Below, piece by piece: positions 58,681-64,000 of a stretch of 64,000 bases of DNA. A model generated the notes under the pieces. The model saw only the letters and a program-made list of their open reading frames with translations, ran no database searches and was not told the origin of the DNA. This stretch comes from Elsinoe ampelina (lineage: Eukaryota): contig ML992506.1 of NCBI GenBank assembly GCA_010093995.1, positions 630,551 to 694,550 on the forward strand. Reading direction: 5' to 3'. Each line of letters opens with the position of its first letter. Within the stretch, counting starts at the first letter, position 1. A program made the translations under genes and the position numbers.

Positions 58681-61518
58681 ATGGCAGCCACAGCACCCGA
58701 GGGCGGCCTCGTCCAGATGCCACAGAGACCTATAGAGCGTCTGCCCGTACGGAGATTAAGCAATGAACCCAAAGAGGCCATGAACTGCAAAAGCTGCAGG
58801 AAGCGCAAGGTACCACTTTCGACACCGCCGCAGCGCCGCAGAACGGTCAACTCACAGGAAGACAGATTAAGTGCAACCGTCTTCGACCATCTTGTGAAGC
58901 TTGCAAGGTTTTTAATGCGGAATGCGTTTATGGTGCGATCACTCCATATTTGTTGTCGTGTGGTACTGACAGGACAAGATGCCGTTCCCAAAAAGCGAGG
59001 TCCCAAGACAGATGTTCTTGAAGCCCTACTCAAACGTGTCAATGGACTCGAGAAACGATTAAAGGATGACGACAAGAACGCATCCCCAGAGGAGAGCAAG
59101 TCCGACTCTTCGCCCACAGCTCGCACCACCAAGTCTTCAGGCTCCGAGGGCAGCACCAAACGAAAGCAGTCTCGCAGCGACAATGTCCGACCAAAGCCAG
59201 AACCACAGACCCCAAGTCTCGCCACACATCAGACTTTGCCATACACGAATTCGATAGCCCAGTGAGCTTGTTGGTCTACATCCGCCCGAGTCGTGCTGAT
59301 AATGTCAGGTTCCCGCAAACTGTATCGACACCAAAGGACGCCCTTCTCGACCTATACTTTGAGCGCCTGCATGGCAAGCCATACTACATTCTCGACGAGG
59401 CCGCGACTCGACAACGTTTCGAAGCTGGCCAGTTACCTGCGAATATCCTCGACTCGATACACGCCGTGGCAGCAAGGTTCGATGATCGGCTTGCGCGATC
59501 ATACTCTGATGCTGACATGGCCAGATATGGTCAACATCTTCTCGGCAACTTAAACACGGCGGTACGACTCAGCGACGAATGCTGCAACCGAGCACGCCTA
59601 TCCCTCAACAGCGACGAGCCCACTATCGAGAACTTGCAGACTTCACTGCTCTTGGCCAATGCTTTCTTCCAAGCTGGCAAGGGCAAAAAGTCGTACATGC
59701 TTCTGTGTACGTCGCACTTCCAAAAGCAGCCTGGGCTCTACTGACAAGTTCCAGCGAGCGCCATCAGCATGGCAATAGCTCTAGGCCTTCACAGAGAACT
59801 CCCCTCCGCGTTTCGAATACCACTAGCAGAAAGAGAAGGTCGCCGGAGATTATTTTGGACGTGCTACCTCATGGACCGATTCACAGCCTCTGGCTCCAAG
59901 CGACCATCACTGATCGCCGACGAATCGATTCAACTGCGATTACCCGCCTGGCCGACTGACGGATCCGCGATTTATCAAGAGGGACAGTACTTCTCGAATG
60001 GATCCAACCTGCCCATGGCAGCCGGGAACAACACAAGCGGAGGACGAGTCGGACACAGCACATATGCTTCGCTCATTGAGATTACCCGAATCTTGGGCAT
60101 TACAAATCGATATCTGGCCGCTGGAGGTGTCAAGGGCGACTCGCACTTCCCATGGCACTCGCAGTCGAACCTGTCGCGGATTCGACAAGATCTGGAAGTC
60201 TGGGCTAGCAGCAATCAGGAAGTCTTCATGGCGGTCGAGGCGCTATTTGCGCAGCCAGAGAGTCTGACGATTGTTCTGGCGAGACTAGTCTACCACTTGA
60301 TTCACTGCTTGATATACCGGCCATTCTTGCCGGTCGATCTGATCGAACTCGCTGGAACAGAGCAACATCAGCCATGGCAACTCGAAGCCACGAACCTTTG
60401 TTTCTTGCACGCAAATGCGATTGCAAACTTGGTCGAAGTCGGCAAGGCTTGCTCGGTCATGGACTGGCCTGCGTTTGTCGGATACTGTCTCTGCACTGCT
60501 GGCACGATCCACGTTCATGGAGCGCATTACGTTGGCAGGGACGGTGACTTTTTTGCGAGAAGTGCAGAATTTCTCTCGCGCGAGATGACTCAACTCAACG
60601 AGATCCGGATGTACTATGCTGGAGTGCAGCACCAACGCGAGACTTTACAGACGGTCTATGGGTGTCACTCGCAACTGGTCAAGTCGCTGGCCAGCAATCC
60701 AATGCGCTTTTCGCCCGTCTTCCAGATGGAGGACTTCTTCGATCGGTACCCAGGACAGTACATCGACGGTGCGCACATAATACTCAGTGATGTCACCGTC
60801 GAGCAGTTTCATGAAAGGTCAGTTGAAAACGAGCAATGGAATACGGAGGACGAGACTGACAAGTTACAGTATACCTGCATACAATGGAATTCAGCAGCAG
60901 CATCAGCAACAGCAACAAGGTCGTCCTTGGGGCCTCAGCTCGGCTGAAATGTCGGCGTTCATGCCTGCCACGAGTCTGCCACCATTGGCTAGCACACCTA
61001 TCATGCCTAGCAAGAAGCGGCGCAGGACCAATGATGAGAGTCAACAGGCAATTACTGCCATTCCCACCACTGAGAACATGCACTCTATGATGCAAGATCA
61101 TCAAATGCCAGATCAAGGCGAGAACGCAGCACAGTCATCGCTCCCGACACCAACAGAGTGTCCCGAACCCACCGCTACTGCAACGGACCAGCAGACTCTT
61201 ACGCATAACCCCTTCTCCCCCAACTTCTCCTTCAGTCCCTGGCCACCTTCTTTCCTCAACAGCCCTGCAGAGCAGCGCCAGACCCTCCCAGCCCAACCTC
61301 ACCAGCAATACCAGTACAACGGCCAGATGGACCAAGCTTTCACCTTTGGATATCAGGACAAGGAAACCCCAGGCGGGATCAGCAACAACGGAAGCGTGCC
61401 TTCCGAGACGGAGAAGGATCCCTTCTTGAGCCTGCTGGAGCAGCTCGCCGAGAATGAAAACTCGCAGCAAGGAGGACCGAGTGATTTGGATTTCTTTCTC
61501 CGAGGACAGTCGTCGTGA
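58681..61518 (+). CDS. Zn(II)2Cys6 transcription factor with fungal-specific TF domain
   Basis: [40 protein letters not shown] after removing introns 58810-58865 and 58933-58978. Later exons encode AIALGLHRE and [17 protein letters not shown], and an acidic C-terminal DLDFFL. Alternative ATG at 58669. Confidence 0.92.
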
Positions 61519-62103
61519 TGGCGGGACGTGATGAATGAGGGATCGGCGTCATATCTTCATCTTATGCGCGGGTTGGGTGCAGGAGGGGCTTGGACGATAT
61601 CCCATACGCCTTGACGGTGTGTACAGTACTATTTCTCAGGAGGAATGACAAAAGGGCATGAGGGATGAGAAATGGGCATTTTTTAGTGTATATAATCCAA
61701 GCTGGATGAAGTAATGTGACTCGACACTCCACTATCGTGCCATCGTTGTGACATCTGCCTGCAAGTGACAGCGACTATGGCGATACGAACTGTGGTTTGA
61801 TTTACTAGACCAGCATCCAGCCGTCAAGAGAGCAGATTCATGGTAATTTCTACCATCCTGGTCCAAACAGCCCGAGAGTCCTGCTCATGATCCAAGTGTC
61901 TTTGACCCTGCAGATCCTTGGGGAAAGTGCTCATCGTCACCGCCAGCCTCGAGAGTCCAAAGCCCCGATTTCTCCCTAAACTTTACCTACTGTACCGCGC
62001 CAACAAATCCTGTGCCACAACAATTGCTCTTCCTCCTCCTCCTTTCACATGTCTTTTACAGCTCGGATACGCCTCATTGACACCGCGGTCTGAAACACCC
62101 AGC

Positions 62104-63690
62104 ATGTCTTCACCAGCGGCACCACGGAGATCAGGCTCGAGATCGAGGAGGTCTCACCCCTCCTTCTCAGACCTCCGCCTTGCACCTCTCTCGACACCAG
62201 CCCCGATTCAGCAAGAAAAGGTAGACAAGTCTACAATGCGGATATCTCTCGACAGCCCTCGCACTCCTGGTAGTATAGACCCGAGCACGGCACACGCATA
62301 CAAGGTCAACCACCCAAGCTACCTTGCTGGACGATCGGCCCCAACCACACCTGGTATCCTTTCACGATCCTCGAGCAGGAAAGCAGATGCAGATGGTCTA
62401 AGCCGAAATGTTGTATACGCCGACGACGAAGACGAGAACATCGATCCAAGCACAAGCTACTTCGACACGCCAAACTACGCGGCCGTTCGCGTCAATGCCC
62501 AAGGTGGAGTAGACTCCAATACAGGGTACATGGGTGACAAGGGCAAGAGCAAGAGCGAATCCGGTCTCAACAACGCCGCAGCGGTTCGAAAAGCCCGCCT
62601 CCGCCCTCTCAGCACTGCCGGCCCCCTAGGCCTCAAGTCTCGCACACCCAACACCGCCAGCACTCCCCGTGGCCGCTCAGCCCGCCCCGTTGCTCCCTCC
62701 GCAGACGACGACTGGCTCTCCCACGCCACCTCCTTCACCACCTCCCTCCTCCAAGAAGGCAAAGCCGGCGCCTGGGTCTCCTCCCACTCCTCCGTGACAA
62801 ACCTCCACTCCTACTCCAACCCCAAATCCCATAGCGCCTACCCCTCATCCGACTCGGACGACGACACACCAAACTCACACTCCTCCCGCCCGACCCACCT
62901 CCCCTTCTCCCCGGCCGCCCACGATGCCTCCTCCCCCGCGCTGCGCTCCCCCAACCTCAACCACCAAACCCACGGCTGGTCCTCCCGCTTCGGCTCCCGC
63001 CTCCCCTCCGCCGCCCACTCGCGCAGAAACTCCCGCGTACACCTCCGCCCTTTATCCGGCTCCACGACACCCTACCCCCTGTCCTCCACCACCGACCGGC
63101 CCCAAACAGCCACTTCCATCGACGCGATCCTCAAGCCTGACTTCGTCGACCCCCGCGCACAAAAAGAGATGGAGACCAGCCTCGCGGAGCTACAGCGTGA
63201 GCGAGCCGCCGCGCAGCAAGGGGACTACTTCGACTCCCCCAGCCAGGCCCCGTATCACCGCGGGAGACACGCGGACGACGGCGCAGGGATCGACGACGGA
63301 GACGACGACGAGGCCGAAGTCGCTCGCCTTGCGCAGACGCCTGGCTTCGGGCTGGGGGGGTTCGGGATCATCGACGCGTTGGTGGGGTTGGGTGGTTTCG
63401 GCCCGGGGGAGGAAGGGGGGGATACAGATGGTGAGACGACGTCGGGAGGGATAGGGAGGGGAAGAGATGATGATGGGGAGCGGGAGGTGGGAGGAGAGGT
63501 GGGGAATAAGAAGCGCAGGAGCGTGATGTTGGATTTGCAGGGGTGGTTCGGGAGGCAGGGGACGGGGGACGGGCGGGTGGGTGAAGGGTCAGGGGAGGGG
63601 GAGAGGGAGAGGAAGGGAGACGAGGGGGAGGGTGGGTGGAGCGATGCTGCTTGGTTGTTGAGCGTGGCTAGTAAGGCGCTTTTGTCGTAG
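62104..63690 (+). CDS. DUF3984-family fungal protein
   Basis: LRLAPLS, SYLAGRSAPTTPGILSRS, DDWL, EGKAGAWVSSHSS.TNL, and C-terminal GGWSDAAWLLSVASKALL. Confidence 0.75.
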   Translation: MSSPAAPRRSGSRSRRSHPSFSDLRLAPLSTPAPIQQEKVDKSTMRISLDSPRTPGSIDPSTAHAYKVNHPSYLAGRSAPTTPGILSRSSSRKADADGLSRNVVYADDEDENIDPSTSYFDTPNYAAVRVNAQGGVDSNTGYMGDKGKSKSESGLNNAAAVRKARLRPLSTAGPLGLKSRTPNTASTPRGRSARPVAPSADDDWLSHATSFTTSLLQEGKAGAWVSSHSSVTNLHSYSNPKSHSAYPSSDSDDDTPNSHSSRPTHLPFSPAAHDASSPALRSPNLNHQTHGWSSRFGSRLPSAAHSRRNSRVHLRPLSGSTTPYPLSSTTDRPQTATSIDAILKPDFVDPRAQKEMETSLAELQRERAAAQQGDYFDSPSQAPYHRGRHADDGAGIDDGDDDEAEVARLAQTPGFGLGGFGIIDALVGLGGFGPGEEGGDTDGETTSGGIGRGRDDDGEREVGGEVGNKKRRSVMLDLQGWFGRQGTGDGRVGEGSGEGERERKGDEGEGGWSDAAWLLSVASKALLS

Positions 63691-64000
63691 GTTTGCTTGG
63701 TGTCGTCTCGTGCAAAGGTTTTGGGAACGGGAACTGGGACTGGAAGCAGTAAATTTCATGCGGGTTAAAGTGGATCAAAGGTCATGGAACAAGAGGGGGA
63801 AAGAGCCGTGGTTTCTTGGGAGGCACGTAGATATCCTGGACTGAAATCTTTTGACATCTACGCTGGTCGTGTCCCGGGACCTACTTGTACGTGATTGCTG
63901 CACATGGCGGTGACTGAGTTGTCTTTGCGTGTCGATGCGGCAGTCGCTGTCGATCAGATCGATTTTGATGTTCCTACCGAGGGCGTATCGCTGTTGAAGA

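Overview
Eukaryotic, gene-dense fungal DNA: a filamentous ascomycete, most likely a Dothideomycete (inference from short GT-AG introns with CTRAC/CTAAC branch points and the gene content). About 23 protein-coding genes can be supported, mostly housekeeping: TatD (partial), GPI10, a SAK1/Ssp1-type CAMKK, PCT1, SOK1/Tcp11, CIA1, an MHYT sensor, a 2EXR protein, a DUF3712/Tag1-like protein, MIC12, mitochondrial L17, eIF2B-beta, PSF2, PTC2/3, an HhH-motif protein, a Ser/Thr-rich secreted protein, a QutR-like AROM derivative next to a Zn2Cys6 factor, and a DUF3984 protein. No rRNA, tRNA, cas gene or transposase was recognised. The most striking unexplained structure is at 44931-47289. An intronless orphan ORF, whose central domain looks PemK/MazF-like by eye (unverified), is followed about 90 bp later by a ~10-unit non-coding array with ~118-bp period. 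Each unit carries a conserved palindrome, ACTACCAG-N13-CTGGTAGT, separated by diverged ~90-nt spacers and decaying away from the gene. Other oddities are recurring C-rich to G-rich strand-composition switches that override codon usage, a GG in place of AG at the MIC12 splice acceptor, and a 705-nt intron. All family assignments come from motif recognition only; no database searches were run.
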